Shown here: piece by piece, positions 27,501 to 42,095 of the stretch
Numbering within the stretch: the stretch's first letter is position 1
Layout: every line of letters begins with the position of its first letter
Assembly: GCA_051362555.1 (NCBI GenBank)
Contig: CM120642.1
Span: 12,710,001 to 12,774,000, forward strand
Direction: 5' to 3'
Origin: Lingula anatina
Taxonomy: Eukaryota > Animalia > Brachiopoda
Length of the DNA: 64,000 nucleotides
The notes under the pieces: model-generated
The model's input: only the letters and a program-made list of their open reading frames with translations
Databases searched by the model: none
What the model was told of the DNA's origin: nothing
Made by a program: the position numbers and the translations under genes

Positions 27501-30500
27501 CACCGACAGCGCACGACAGCGGTCGCCTCAGGGATACACGGCTTTGAAAGCATGCTGCACGCAAAGATGCACACATTTGTCCCAAGAACTAAGCTTACTT
27601 TTGAGGTCGCACTATCTTGGTAAAAATAGCACAATAACATGCGTATGACACCTATTATGTAGGGAAAAAGATAAAAGATGTGAGCCTGCAGCTCTAAAAA
27701 AACCAGTATTTTTGTTGGGGTAAACTCTGTTCACAGACATTCAAGACTTGCCTTCATAATAATTATTTCTATTAATATCCTGTTTAGCCTACAGACTTAA
27801 ATGTAACCAAGTATGTTTTTTTTGCTGAACATGTATCTTATTCAAGCATCACAATAATATATACATGTTTTACGTACATATGAAAACTGAAATAAACGGA
27901 AATGGAGAAGGGTATATAGGAAACTATTGTGGAAATTCGTCAATGTGGTTTAACTCTAAACATTTCCGTACGCCCTAAGCAAACTGCTACAGTTCACCGT
28001 CAAGACGTCAACATTGGCGTAGCATTCGAAGAGGCTGGACGAACTAGTCAGCCGACTCATATCCCAAGCGTTTGGTTACTCGTGTCAAACCTCTCGAGAA
28101 GTTATGGTTTTCAGAATAAATATCTCTTTTCTGATACTTAAGGTAGAGATATGAGTTGTCACTTGACGTGTTTGAATAATAAAACATTATTTCATTGCCT
28201 CTTAAAGCAGGTGATAAGCTCTATGACAAGTTGAACACGTCATTGACTGTGTTACAATCATGAATGGATGACGTTATTCGTGAATACAAACATACTCAAA
28301 CGTGTTTTTTTTCTTTGATAGTTTTCGTCTTGTTATTCACGTTATCTTCATTGAAAAAAACTGGCTTGAACACCGAACCATTTGTACGCCTTTCTTTTTC
28401 TCTCATGTACTCAGTGATATGTTATATATATTTTAAAAACTCTGATAAGTATCCTATGTGGCAAAAAACTACGCCACCGCACCCTCTCCTCAGTATATAA
28501 TTTCACAGAAAGATGGTTAAAAAAGAACAATTACTTTCTTCACAACTGCGCAAAAATAACGTAATCCTAACCAAAAGTAGAATTTCAATTAATGAATCCC
28601 TGCCCCTTTCTTTTTCAGATCCGACTTGCAATTTCCTTTCGAAAATAATAGAACAAAGCCGATATTGACCCATTTTGGCACCACGCCCTCTGCAACAAAC
28701 GTCGGTACAGAAACCACTTTGTGCCCAGGTTCAATCCAAGTTGAATTACGCCTAGCTTTTAACACTAGGTAATATGCTCTGTAAACAAGCCAATTTTCAA
28801 GAGCAATTGATACTGGGTTGGTTCAATAAGTTCTTGGGTTATAAACAGAGCCATGCAGTACACGTTATAAACTAATACATGTTTAATTTGAACCACTTTA
28901 GTCGAGAGCAACAATGAAGTAGGCTTTATAATTCTGTTTTACACACATAAGTGTATGCGAAATTCGCCTGCTAGTGAAGAACTTGCGCAACGCGCTCTTG
29001 ACCCGGAACTAAGACAAGGCAATTTAAAAAGGCACAGTTTTTCGATTAACCATTAAAGCTAGTAGGATATGTTTGGCGCGTGTCCGGAAGTGAGTTGGTG
29101 TTCTCTTTTTCTTACCATACAAAATAAGGGACACAGCTTTCCCATAGCGCGAGAAGGAAGTAAACTGCTATTCCTGAACCGGAGACAATAAAGACAAGTG
29201 ACTTTTTTTCAGTTGAAACGGAACTCCTTTATTTCTTCACCTGAGCAAACACTTCCAAGTATAGGCCTGTCTTAAATGTGAATGAAAGAAATAGATATCG
29301 TCGACGTGACTCTTTGCGTAACAGTTTTTTCTTTTTGTGATTGTCTTTCTGTGTTTGAGTGTGTGTGTGTGTGTGTGGGGGGGGGGGGGGTGCAGCTCCT
29401 TTATTTTTCTTAGATACCCTTGTTTGAAGTTAAGAGGTTACAAAAATAAGGGGAATATTCCTTCAAAGACAAACAGGACCTGTTCCTTCTGGGACAATTT
29501 TCTCACTTCCATTAACTGCATGAGTTCGTAATGCAGATATTCAATATGTAAGTATTAGCTAAATTTTATAACCAAACCTGTTTATCTTTCTGCCTTACTT
29601 TTGACTATTATCTTGCTTATCATTAAAAAACAGCCTTTTAGCTTTTACCAAGTCTCCCCTGGGTCTCCTTAAGAATATATCCTGTGTTGTCAGGAATCGA
29701 AAAGAATATCAGTATGTTCGGTTTGGTGAGTTCTTTCTGTTTTGATATCACATTAGTCGATAAGCATGGTTCTATTAAGGGCTTTTATAAAACAACCAAG
29801 ACGACTTTATAAAAATCCATCCTTAGTCAAGAGTCAATATCAGGCTTGTTAATCAGACGATTCCACTTCTTGTATACATAGACTAACACACATTACTCTT
29901 AATTGAATCATTGCAGCCCGCCCCCGCATTTCGTTTCCTTATTCCATTCTTCATTGTTACAAACATCTGATGCAAGTATCGAAATGCCTCATAATTCACG
30001 GAGTTTCATGGTTGTTCTACGTGTCGATATTAATCTAATTTAGAAAAATGGCTTATTTTGTCGTTTCAAATGGTTGTCTCGTTGACATTTACGAATAATA
30101 GCAGATTTTGAAGCATATATATTGTTGATGCAGTACAAGTTTAACTCTTGAAAACTGTGCGTAGTGTTCAGAAACTGATTATTTCACAGCGTGTCTAGTA
30201 TGACTCAGCCCAGATCTCACACACACGTGCTTTGTGCAATATATTGATCTGTTCATAGGCAGTACAATGGAAATAATATCCGGGCCACGTCGTTTACAAA
30301 ACGTCTAACAACAAATATATTAAAACAAGCGATCGCGGAGAACGGAAGCCCAATATATCCGCCAGCTGGGGGAAATTATTAATCCCAAAATCAAAAGATA
30401 TGAAAGGTATTTTTAATAAAAATTTATTAAACAATTTTATAACAATGAACTGTATGAAGACTGAAACAACAAGATCACCGGATACGGCACACAGTCACCC

Positions 30501-31883
30501 GATCTGTGGGTGCTAAGGCGCTTAAAAAACAATCACTACACAGTACTGCGAGACGGCTTGACCTTATCGGTCTAAGTCAGCTGCTACCTTATCAACTCTA
30601 ACAAATACACAGCCGAAAACAGTGAGCTATATCAGCACTGAAACATAGTGCGCACTAGTTCAGAACACGTTAAAGTAGTTCAGGGCCGAATGAAATACTG
30701 TCGTTAAAAAAGAATCAAGTCTGCTGAATGAATAACAAAAGGTCTTCATATCATTAATTGCACTTTGCCCAGATAATGTCTATCGCTTACCAATAAGCTT
30801 GAATCATTATTCTCATAAAGCCACCTGTGGTTAAAAATTTAACATGTTTGTCATTCTTAGGTTAAAAGAACACTTTTTAAAGAATGTGCAAAAATATGTG
30901 GCCTTACAAGTTCACACGCAAACTCTGTCAATACCATATAAATGGAATATGAGAAATATGCACGCCGGAACACATCGAGGACAAAGTTCATGAATAAAAT
31001 AAGCTCCTATGTTCATTCCTCACTGCGCCTTATTATTCTAAAATGTAGACGTGTAGACATTGCGTGCGCCCGTATATCAAATTTGACACTATTTTGCACT
31101 CCCCTTCTTCAAAATATTACCAACTTATTTTTAGCTGAATTCAAGTCATGGAAGTGGCACTTCCTGTCAAAATGACAGCTGCATGCCACGTCAACCTATG
31201 AATGACACTTATACACCATGTAAAAATAATAACAACATTTACAATGACATTTACAAAATTTAAAGAGCACCACCGATATAAAGGTTAATTGACAGATTAT
31301 TCACAACTGACTTGTTTAATCTGTAGTATAAAAATAAACTAATCGTGCGTTACTGTAAAAATATACTGTGGCTAAATTGAGCGACCGTATTGGAATATGG
31401 CACAACACAATGTTTGCCCTATCATTTCCATCATCATCATCATCGTCAAACACTGACAGTTGATCTGGGGATAGTCAAAGCTTTGTTTTCTCTCTCCTAA
31501 TAGCGCTAGTGAAGTTCAATGGGTCTTTTCTGTTGGGAACCTGCTAAGGCGCTACCACTAGTACTGGCACTTCGTCGCTCTGGATATAGCACATGCTGCT
31601 ACATGTTAACGTTCGCAAAATCAATGCAAATCAAGTTACGATGATGGGGACTGAATCCCCATAATGCAGCCGCATTAGCTTGCTAGGAGAACCAACGGTT
31701 TCGTTGTCCATACATAATGCAACAGTTTTGATCATGCAGTGAAAACAAGGTGCGAGTCTTTACACGGAGAGAGCGAGTTCACGGCTCAGAAGTGGCGCTG
31801 GACACGGGACGTGGGTGCGCTGACACTGAGGTGCGTGGATTTTACACGAGCGAGTGTGCTAAACTCGAGCCCCCTTGGAAATT

Positions 31884-32513
31884 TCAAGACGATGAATCTC
31901 CTTCGTCCTCGTCTTCTTCTGACTCGTCTAGCGTTGGCATGAGAGGCCGTTTTGGAATGATTGGGGAGCGAAGGCCGGGTGAGCTGGTGCGAGGTTTCAA
32001 GTGCGTTTTCCCCGCGTTGAAAGCCTCCAACCAGGAGTCCAGCTCACTTGTTCTATTCACAGTGAATGTAAGTGCCTGTCCATCGCAGTCGTTTGATAGG
32101 ACTCTGAATTTTTTGTCTGAGTTACTGACCGCTTCAACGGTGAAGTTTTTCAAATGTAAAAACCCCATGGGCTTCCCGTACTTTTTGTCCTGATACAACA
32201 CAGCGTAGTGGTCGAAGTTGCTACAGTACGTTTTGACTGTAATGTTCGTGACTCTCTCACGTTTGTTCACCGTCTGGACAAGGCCCAACTGTCCGGATTT
32301 TGTCTCCAAGCCATCATGGTGGGGGGACCCACTAGCTAATGTGGCCCCAGTACGTTTGAGAAGCATGTCTGCACTCCTGAAGGCTCCGCAATCCAGAGTT
32401 TTCATACTGTTACGATGTAAGGTGGGCGTTTGACTCGGTATCACTGGCGTTTTATAAGACTGTCTGAATCGTTCCCGAGTCTCTATAAAATCGACAGTTA
32501 GATATTGGTGCAT
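31884..32513 (-). CDS. Single-exon PH-domain protein, 209 aa
   Basis: Intact ORF, GC-rich relative to background, with an in-frame TGA directly before the ATG. PH signature: KSGQL...YAVLYQDKKYGKPMGFLHLKNFTVEAV...FRV...LTFTVNRTSELDSWLEAFN. Ser/Pro-rich then acidic tail. Confidence 0.85.
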   Translation of the reverse strand: MHQYLTVDFIETRERFRQSYKTPVIPSQTPTLHRNSMKTLDCGAFRSADMLLKRTGATLASGSPHHDGLETKSGQLGLVQTVNKRERVTNITVKTYCSNFDHYAVLYQDKKYGKPMGFLHLKNFTVEAVSNSDKKFRVLSNDCDGQALTFTVNRTSELDSWLEAFNAGKTHLKPRTSSPGLRSPIIPKRPLMPTLDESEEDEDEGDSSS

Positions 32514-32696
32514 TCAATGACACCCTTCCTATATACAGTATTATGGTTATACGTCTGATGTGACTTACTACTATATTGTATCGGCTGCTGCGGTCGGTGG
32601 AAAGAACGAAATCCGGTCCAAATTCCACGCGGCTGACTCTTGACTAGCGATGTCTACTTTGATAACCTGTGGTTTGTACGATATCACCTCTCTGAC

Positions 32697-32929
32697 TGAC
32701 TCATAAACGTTGGTCTTGCTACACAAAGTTCTCTGTTAGTTCTGATTCACTCTAGGAATTCCCTCTCAGTTTTATACCGCCTTCCACTGTTTACCTCATC
32801 CTATGACTGTGACTGATGAAAGGACTGAGTATGATTTGCTGTTATAAATAGGTCGAGCATGTTTGCTTATGTTTATGATCAGTGGCGAGGGCCTAACGGA
32901 CCAATCAGCGTGCAGCAAGTATGACGTCA
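32697..32929 (-). promoter_or_regulatory. Promoter of PH-domain gene (TATA, CCAAT, CRE, AP-1)
   Basis: TATAAAA on the minus strand at 32770-32776, CCAATCAG at 32901, perfect CRE TGACGTCA at 32922-32929, AP-1 TGACTCA at 32697-32703. Confidence 0.6.
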
Positions 32930-35900
32930 GCCTTGCCGCCCTTCTTTCATGACCAAGGGTACAACACAATCATAAGCAAACTCAATCACAATGCTGGAGC
33001 AAACTTCTGAATCGTTGCCTACAACAGTTTACTCTTAGGCTGGAAATGAAACCAAATACTCATAGAATATACGTTAACAGTTCAATTAATATTGATCAAT
33101 TACTTTTCCCGATCATAGATTAACGGTTTAATCTGTCCCTGTTTCGAGAGCAAAATATCTAATAAATTGCTTATTTTACAAGTACTTATTATCAGCGCAT
33201 GTTGGATTGGCATATGTTTTCATGATGTAATACGATGATAGGCCCTACTAATTAAATGCTGACAAACAAGAAATACACATATATGTTTTTGGGGAAAATT
33301 ATGGCGCAACGCAAAATTAAAAGTAACAAATGCCCATTCTCCGTGGTTTTCATGGAATTATCAATTAAAGATACACGAGCTTTATCTTGTTGATGCAACA
33401 CATCGGTTTAGTAGGCGGAATCTGTATTTTATTGTGTGTAGCTGTCTGTCTTGATGGACCGCTGTTTAATTTAGCTGATTTCCTGTAACCGATGCAGGAT
33501 AATGTATTTGATCTTCTTGTTTTTGACATGAAGAACGGTGAATGCAGTTGAGGTTGGAAAACTGTAACTGAATCTGACCAGATTTCAGAGGTTTGAGCTG
33601 TATACTTCACATGCATTAAGCAGCATAAGGAAGCACAGGCCTATCATTTTGCAAAAAAAAAAAAAAAAATAAAATAAAATAAATAAATAAATAAATAAAC
33701 TCAGACATGTAGGCCTATGTAATTCTTATGCATTAATATTGTTTTTGTTGTCTTTTGACAGTCTTGCACTTAGCCAGCCTAAACTATATTTTAAATCAAA
33801 CATATGTCGATAACATCATTCGGACATGTGATTATTTTGCACTAGTCTTTTCAGTTTTGTTTTTCATTATCTGGTCAACCACCCACGCCCATGGTTAACG
33901 CACGCACTGTACACGAAAGGTATATTTTTATGTATATAAACTACTTTCTTGAACGCCTATCTATTCTCCCTAAGTTGATATTTTAAAGTTCATATTACCT
34001 TACTTTTGTTTAATGAAATGTGAGCTGAACAATTTGAACTAAAAAAAAAACGTAACTGGGTCATATAGTTCGTACCCTCCCCCTGTGCATGTTTTAGATT
34101 GTTTTGACTTTCCAACTTCTACGTTTGCGCGAGAGGGTACCAACTACTCCCATTATTATGATAAGGTGACGCTCCTACGTTGTTTTTCACTGCTGAATAT
34201 ATGACATTAAGTTTTTATCAACAGATAAATCAACTGACTTCAGGCTACCTTATCGCCCCGTGACCTGTCTGCCTGCCCCGTGACTGAGTCGCATGCATAC
34301 ATTACCATTCGGCATGAGCTGTGTCACAGGCATACGATGACATTATTTTGGGCTATCTTTAGGCCCACTATACGATTTAGATGCCAATATGCGTTTGGGG
34401 CACCTTTGATTAGAGTGTATATGATAAAGAGTTTTGTAATATGTCCACCCGCATGCGATGCCAGTGTATACCTATTTATAGTGCGTGGGTGACGGAAATA
34501 TGACGACGGAACAGAAAGTGATTAAAAATCTGCAATATTAAAAGTTATTAGAAAATTTCTATCCGCCCAACGGCAAAACGACAACAGAATAATAAATGGA
34601 CCTTTTCCAAAGGTATTTTTAACCCTAATATCTAACTAAAAGACGACAAGAAGGTGACAAGAAATATGAATTGTCTTTACCCATTGTACATGTGTATGTG
34701 TAATTGCGCCAATGCTTTGAAGCACCACTTTTAAGCACACGTACACACAAGCTTGCAAGTGATTTTAGAAAATATTTTTTAAAACGGTAACATTTACTCG
34801 TACAGATTTCGCCTTAGTGGCAGATTTTTGGAGAGCATGATAAATCTCCAGTATCTGCGCGTTATACATCGATACAAAATTTCCCCTCTCTTAGACCAGT
34901 GTCCAAGTAATCGCACACGCGTGCCTCTCATAGAAAGATCTCATAGAAAGACTTGGGCTTAATCGAGGCCCTGACACTAAATCGTTGTAAAACAGACGGT
35001 TATATATCAGGATTATACTTAATATACATCTTCAGCTTACATAAATCTCATTCTCGGGTGATTCTGTGCATCCGAAAGGAAATGTAAGGCCAAGCACCAG
35101 AAGAAATACCCGCTTGACTTAGCTTTTAAATTATCAAAATGTTAGCGCGTGCGTAAGAGCATGTACCTGCGTAATGCAATTTCGATATTCCTGGGCGTTG
35201 TTCGTTGATTACCCAATGTTAACGCAAAATAAAACATGTAAATTTATAACAGTTACTAGTATACAACAATTCAGGCTCCTGAAAGATATTTTTTCCAAAT
35301 AGGTATTTTCAGCGAACGCTTTTCTCCTTTTCCGACTCTTTAACTGAGTCAGAGGTGAGATAAGTGACTCAAGCTTACAGATAATATAAAATGATTATCT
35401 ACTTTCGCCAGTGGCCATAAGGTCCTTCGGTGACATAACGGGCACACCCAATGACTTCAATTAGCGGTCGCCAGATCTGTTTAGGCTAATTCACAACAAT
35501 GAAACATAAAAACACATTCATCATCGTCGGGGAATGAGTGAGCAATTTCAGCGTGTGGTCAGGAAGAAACACAATTATCACAAATGAAAAAATCGATCTA
35601 AAATAGATGCATACGTAACGGTGTGTGTACCTCTGCTACTTGTAGGCACGTGAGTTATGGTGTCATTCCTGGTCTATTCGAGTTATGATATTTTATTCAC
35701 ATATCACAGCGGACATAAATCAGTTTGACCTTTACAGGTCTCACTCCATTGGCTCTTGAACAGGCCAGTGCGGCGCAGTGCAGGATAAAACGTAAGAGCA
35801 AAAGCTGAAAGGTAGAATACAGAACGGACAAAAATAAGTTGTGAAGGAAGTCTGTTATAGTTTCAAAAGATGCCGCTGGCATGACTGTTAAATACATTAC

Positions 35901-36075
35901 GCACGCGAACCTCAACTTGAGAAACCAAATAAGCTCCGTTCTGCGTTCGTTGATCTTCCAGAATTGCAGACAACCTTGCAAACAAGCAAGTTAACAACGC
36001 ACGGACACGCATTTTCATGTGTATTCATGCTTGAACATATGAACGAGTTTATACTCCATCAAGGACGCATGCGCC

Positions 36076-36250
<175 letters not shown>

Positions 36251-37278
36251 TGGGAGAGAGCAACATAGCAACATTTTGGTTTGTCATCCTGGTCTATGGC
36301 GAATCCTGAGGCAGATGAACAAAACCATAAATTTACCTAATGCTTGGGGCTAGTTCCTCATAAAAAACTTACTCAGTTAACTTCTAACTTTTATTATTCT
36401 ACATGACTTAAGTATGAAAATCAACTAGTATGAACACGTTGAATTCATTCCTTTGGGTTACATTTAAAGAAACGGCCTACATGCTCTTTATTTATTTATT
36501 TATTTGAAGATTATGATAATTATTCTCGTATCTTTGGTTTTCTGCTTTATTACATAAGACAGGTGGATCAAAATAAAATTCATGTGTCTTTAATAGCTAT
36601 AAACTTCCTCTGCAAAGATGCTTAGTGAAACGTGTTTTCATCTGCTTCTGAACCAAAAAAAGAAAGATTTATTCCTGTTTCCTGATGCTGTTAATTACTG
36701 AAATAGGGATGTTTTTTAACCTTACATCCCACCTTTCTCTCAAGTATCATCGATTCACGGTAATGACGTCTCTCTCGTGAATTTTTATTTGACGCGCGTT
36801 ACGTACACAGAACACTAAATGAATCAGCGTCCGTGGTAGTGGCGGGCTTTCTTCAGGAGGAGGATTTAATAGTGTATCTGTAATTCAAGTTCACGTATTT
36901 AAAGACTTCCAAATTATCTAAAACAGATATCGATTGAAGTACACGGATGTACAGCTAAAGCGATTTCTGCTGAATCAGAATGTAAACATTAACAGAATGT
37001 TACTCGATATGCGTCGTGAGGGTTGGGGACGGGGGGAGTGGGGCGTGGCAGGCAAACGCACTGAGCGGATGTGACTTCGATTAAATAATTCTCAGAATCG
37101 GGTGACTGTTGAGTTGCAGTGGCGTGACACAAAGATTGCTACACAATGCATTGTTGGTCACTGTCTGCCAAGAGTCGTGATATTTTATTGATATGTAATT
37201 CCAATACAATGAGGTAAGATGATGAGATTCTCCGTAGGCCTAATCACTGGAAGCGATGTTATGTGAGCAGACGCAAAA

Positions 37279-37282
<4 letters not shown>

Positions 37283-37348
<66 letters not shown>
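37283..37348. repeat. (TC)n(TA)n microsatellite
   Basis: Read directly from the sequence. Confidence 0.95.
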
Positions 37349-37351
<3 letters not shown>

Positions 37352-39761
37352 TAACAACAATGTTTAATCAGAATGACGCCACTTATGTAAACTTCTTATG
37401 ATAAGATACGATTTCATTCTTTGATTTTTTAACAGATTATTTCACTAACATTGCATTTATTAAATGAATGCAAGCTTGGTTGTTCGAACCTCAGTTTACT
37501 CTTTTCATATTGGAAAAGCAAACATTACTTTATTCAATTGACCGCCTTCAATATGTCCAGTTGTCAAATACGATCCTCGAATCTTCCCATTTCCACGGGG
37601 ATCCTGAAAAACGTGTCCTCTATCTCTGTTAATGTGACACAAAGCTAATCATGCCAGCACCCATTAACCAAATAATACACGTGGCGAGAGCACTAGTCAA
37701 GACGGTGCCGGTTAATATGTGGTAATTGGTTTTTAAATTTAATCTATCTCAGTATGCTTGTTTTTGTTTTCAGACACGCTTGGGTTTCAGGGTCATTTCT
37801 TTTAGCCTTGCCATTGGGTGCTCTTTACCCACTTTCCTTCATCCATCTCTTGAATCTCGCATTTTTAAATGTTTAGTATACCTTATTGAATTAAGTTGTC
37901 TTCAGAGGAGGTGACTGATCATTTTCAAATCAGACTCCAATTTCTCAAGTCTACTATCATTGGTTGAAAACGGTGCAATCGAAACGTTGTTTATTTTTCA
38001 ACACACGTCAGTGGAAACATATCATACCGATGATAAAGTAACCGGCATGTTCACATAGAGATTCTGTTCCTGGTCAGAAATAGTTTCACCGGTGTCAAGT
38101 ACTAGAGAGTCCACTCTGATGCAGAGTCCGGTTCCCTTTGATTCGTATACATACCCACTGTCCTAGATTTTGAGCCACGCGTGTTAAGATTCTTCATGGT
38201 ATGTTACCACTTCATAGGATTTTACTGAAAAATCTACTTCATAGGATAAAATGCGACTTCATCTTCACTTAAGATAGACTTTCTGTTACAAGAGACTTTC
38301 TGACAAGAACGCCACTTGACTGTGGTGAAATACCCCATACAAAGAATTATAAAAAGAGGGCATATGGACCGAGTTTTACCAATAGTAAACCAAAAAAGAT
38401 GATAATAATAATAATAATAATAATAAAAGAAAATAAAAAAACGATTACCTGTATGCTTGGGTAAAAGGAACGTATACGTAACATGAAAGACGAAAGATAA
38501 TCGAGGACAGATAATTGAAGTTCTGACAAATCCAAGAGATTTTAATTTGTAAAGATGCATCACACGACTAATAAGTCACGTGCATTGAATTATCAGCGTG
38601 AGCGTTTAATAAAGATAGACAAATTAAATCAATGAGTAAACTGCATGCATATCCCGTTGTATAACAAATATGACCTTTCCCACTGTTTTAACTCGCGTGC
38701 GCTGTTGGTTACCTGTTATATATCTAAATGATTACAAAGTTCTACGTCATTGTCGCTTAGTGAAATGACAACGAAACGAAATAATTTCCGCCGTTTATTT
38801 CCTCGGAATAATGAAGATCTTCAATATGTGAAATGTTGTATTTTTGGGATTGATAGTAAAAATAACAGATGAATTTTAATTGAAAAAAGTAAAGACATGG
38901 AAGAAGACATCTGGCGTTAAAGCATCCTGCTTTTTGTTTGCACCTCCCATAGGGCATTTGAGATTGTTCAACAGAACTCGAATACGCAGGAGCCGTATCT
39001 CCATACAAAATAAAGCTCGGTCCGAAATCCTTATGTCACAAACTGTTATATCAATTTAGTTGTGAAATTGATAAATTAGATCAATGATAGAAGAAAAACT
39101 AAGTTATCAGAAAATCCGGAGTGGCCATAACATACTTGCATTAAGAATAAGGGATGTTGGCTGGGCAAAGTACAATACTGACAACATACTTAATTTCATG
39201 TAGGGACTGGGCGACGGTGCAATTGCGTTAGATGTGATTTTCATCTCACTTAAAACATTAACAACCCGCGGTTTGTATTGCTGTGTAGTCAGTTATCTTA
39301 TACGCTGTCGGTAAATAATAAACATTGCGCAAAATCGTACCGAAAATATTTATTATTGTGGTACAGGGACCGAAAACTCTTGCCTAAATCAAGAGTGTTC
39401 GCCGATGAAACAGAGTTAAGTACTGCGTGAAAGTGGAACAAAATGACACTGAAACGAGGAGATACATATCCTTTGGCAAACATTGATATCAGAGGTGATT
39501 TAATATGTTTTTTAATCTAGGACACGCCTTAGATTATTTGACACGTTCAGATAGTGCTTTGACACTGGGTATCATATCCTCTATACAGCACTAGTGCACT
39601 CACAGGTAAAAGCTTCCTTCTGAGCGGGACGCTGTAATAATTTTACATATTTGGAGTGCATCTCAATACCACATCCGATTGATAAGTTGTGGTAGGGTGC
39701 GACAAGACAGGGGACTTCTTTACCCGTCCCCTTCACCGCTCCCCTCCGCACACACATACAC

Positions 39762-39806
<45 letters not shown>

Positions 39807-42095
39807 AACACACACGCTTGAATATTTATCAGCTGATTGTACTGTAAAAACATTAAACATATTTGTGATCTGCGGTTTTGTGTGGCTCAGAAAGGAATCC
39901 TTTTAATATGGCAAGTAGTCTACCATTATGTCAACCGGGGTGGTACCAGCATACGATCAACTAATCATAAGGCTTTAACATAACACAACTCGACACTAAA
40001 ATAAGCAGCACATTCTCAGCATTTTTATATGTGAATTTTACATTTGTATTATAGGCGTAATATTTCAACGAATCTGGAACATGTAGACTATGAATAATAC
40101 TGCACAGTAGCCATAAATCCACAAAAAGAATGACATAACCTAAAGTGTTTCGCTGAATGCGCCCACTTTCAAACATAAAAAAGGGTCCGCGTCGGTAAAA
40201 AAGGGTCAATATTATTTCAATTGATAAATAAACTGGAGGCAAAATACCGGTTTCCCTGTGCACACAATCAGAGCGTTGCGTCACTTGATCCTCACAGTTT
40301 CAAGCACAACAATCAACATTGTGAAGGACTATTATATATGCTGTACTTGGATCGGCGTTAAAAAAAGGTCAGGTAGCGAGCTGTAATGCTGCACGCATCT
40401 GTGAGCTGCCCTCAAAATATAATAGTCTTCGCGGCAATATTTACTGCTGACAAAAGGTGTTTATGTGATTTGCGGTGACAGACTCTGGAGCGTTTTCTCT
40501 GTAGCATTATTAATACAAAACTGTATCTTGGATTAACACCCACAGTGGATTTCACCTGGGCGCAAAGCAGAGGCTACAGTGCGACAAATTTCTCAGCGCA
40601 GATTGTCTCGGTTGTCGGTGCTTATGCGTGAACTCGTAAACGAAAGGTCGTCTGTGAGGGGTCGAGCCGAACTCTACCTGTATTTCTCGAGCTAGGTTGC
40701 TACACGGTGTCACTCACGTAGCAGACAACCCAGCCAGACGCAAACCGCAGCGTTTCACTACAGCGTCACACCTGAGTTATTTATTTATCAAGGTAAGTCG
40801 TACCACGTCGCATTCTCATATCAGCACCGCCTAATCATTTCCAGTATTTTGTTAATATATTTTGTCAGCTCATTTCGCTACTTAACACGAAACATAGGTG
40901 ATACAGGCAGTGTAAACATCGTAGCGGAGACGCAGGAGGGTGAGTATTTACCTTTAGAATCGGTCGGTTTTACGACCTACTTTTTTTATAAAGAAGAGTA
41001 TGTGTGCATATTTCCATTTTAAATACATTCTGTTAATATGACTACGAGATATTTTGAGTGGAATAAATCAGACAGATTTGTATGCAAACAACTCATACAG
41101 GTAAGGCTTAACATACCAACAGTTCTCAGATGACATTTGAGCATCTCTGAAAGAGTGGAGACCAAGGAATTGGTAAAAGCCGTTAACTTGAGCGTCTTCA
41201 AAAATAATCAAGATAGATTTAATTCTAGTGACTCGTTTTATGTACATTTGACAACATTCACGTTGTGAGAACGACCCACAATTCGCGAGTGTTTTCCCAG
41301 GCAGGGGTTTCACCACTATTTTCCTTGACCAGGTCGTAAATGACGGCCTGAGGACCTTGTTAAAGTGGACAGTACACCTCGGTATCAGTCCACGCTTGAT
41401 GTTCTCACAATATGACACACATAAATAGCTGTATAAATCCATAACAACCACGCACTATCATCACAGGTCCGTATTGTAGAATTGTATAATTGTCGGTCAG
41501 ATTTGGGTTAATTAATCACTTAGGCATTTAATCGTGGCTCATTATGTAGATTGGCATTTAGTTATCAACTGTTTTAATCTGCCCCATTTGCTTTTACAAT
41601 TAACATTGACTCGGATAAAATAATCCTGGATGAATTCGTGCTGTAACTTCGCAGCACGAAATTCATGCTGAAGGTATCGAATTAGCACATGATAATAGAC
41701 TGAACGCCACTTCATCGTAACCCGATTCATACAAAGCTTAAGCGATTCTCTTAGTGCTACTAAATTTCCAGTTTATGGTTTTCTTATCAACCGCCTTTTT
41801 CATCTCAAATAAAATATTGGAACTGTACCTGTTAACATGAGACTTGGGATTAATAAATCCATCCAAGTATAAAAAAGATAAGCAAATAAGACAAGCTTGC
41901 AGACTGATACAATATATGAAAACGAGTTTTCAGACAAGGACCCTCATTGTCTTTAATCAAGGCACGTACACTCAAGGCTGTGTATTGAAGCAGGTATTCC
42001 TCATTTTGATTTGGATAAGGACTTACAGTGTATATTAATCATGTGACGGACTCATGACAAGCGTTGTCTTAATTTCAGATATCCAACAATAAATC

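Noticed and set aside
31750-32433. Plus-strand ORFs (147, 67 and 71 aa) overlapping the PH gene
   Set aside because: Antisense shadows of a GC-rich real CDS, with no domain features.
41068-41451. 127-aa minus-strand ORF beside the GIY-YIG gene as a possible partner gene
   Set aside because: Non-ATG start, no recognisable motif, and it lies in the presumed 5' intron.
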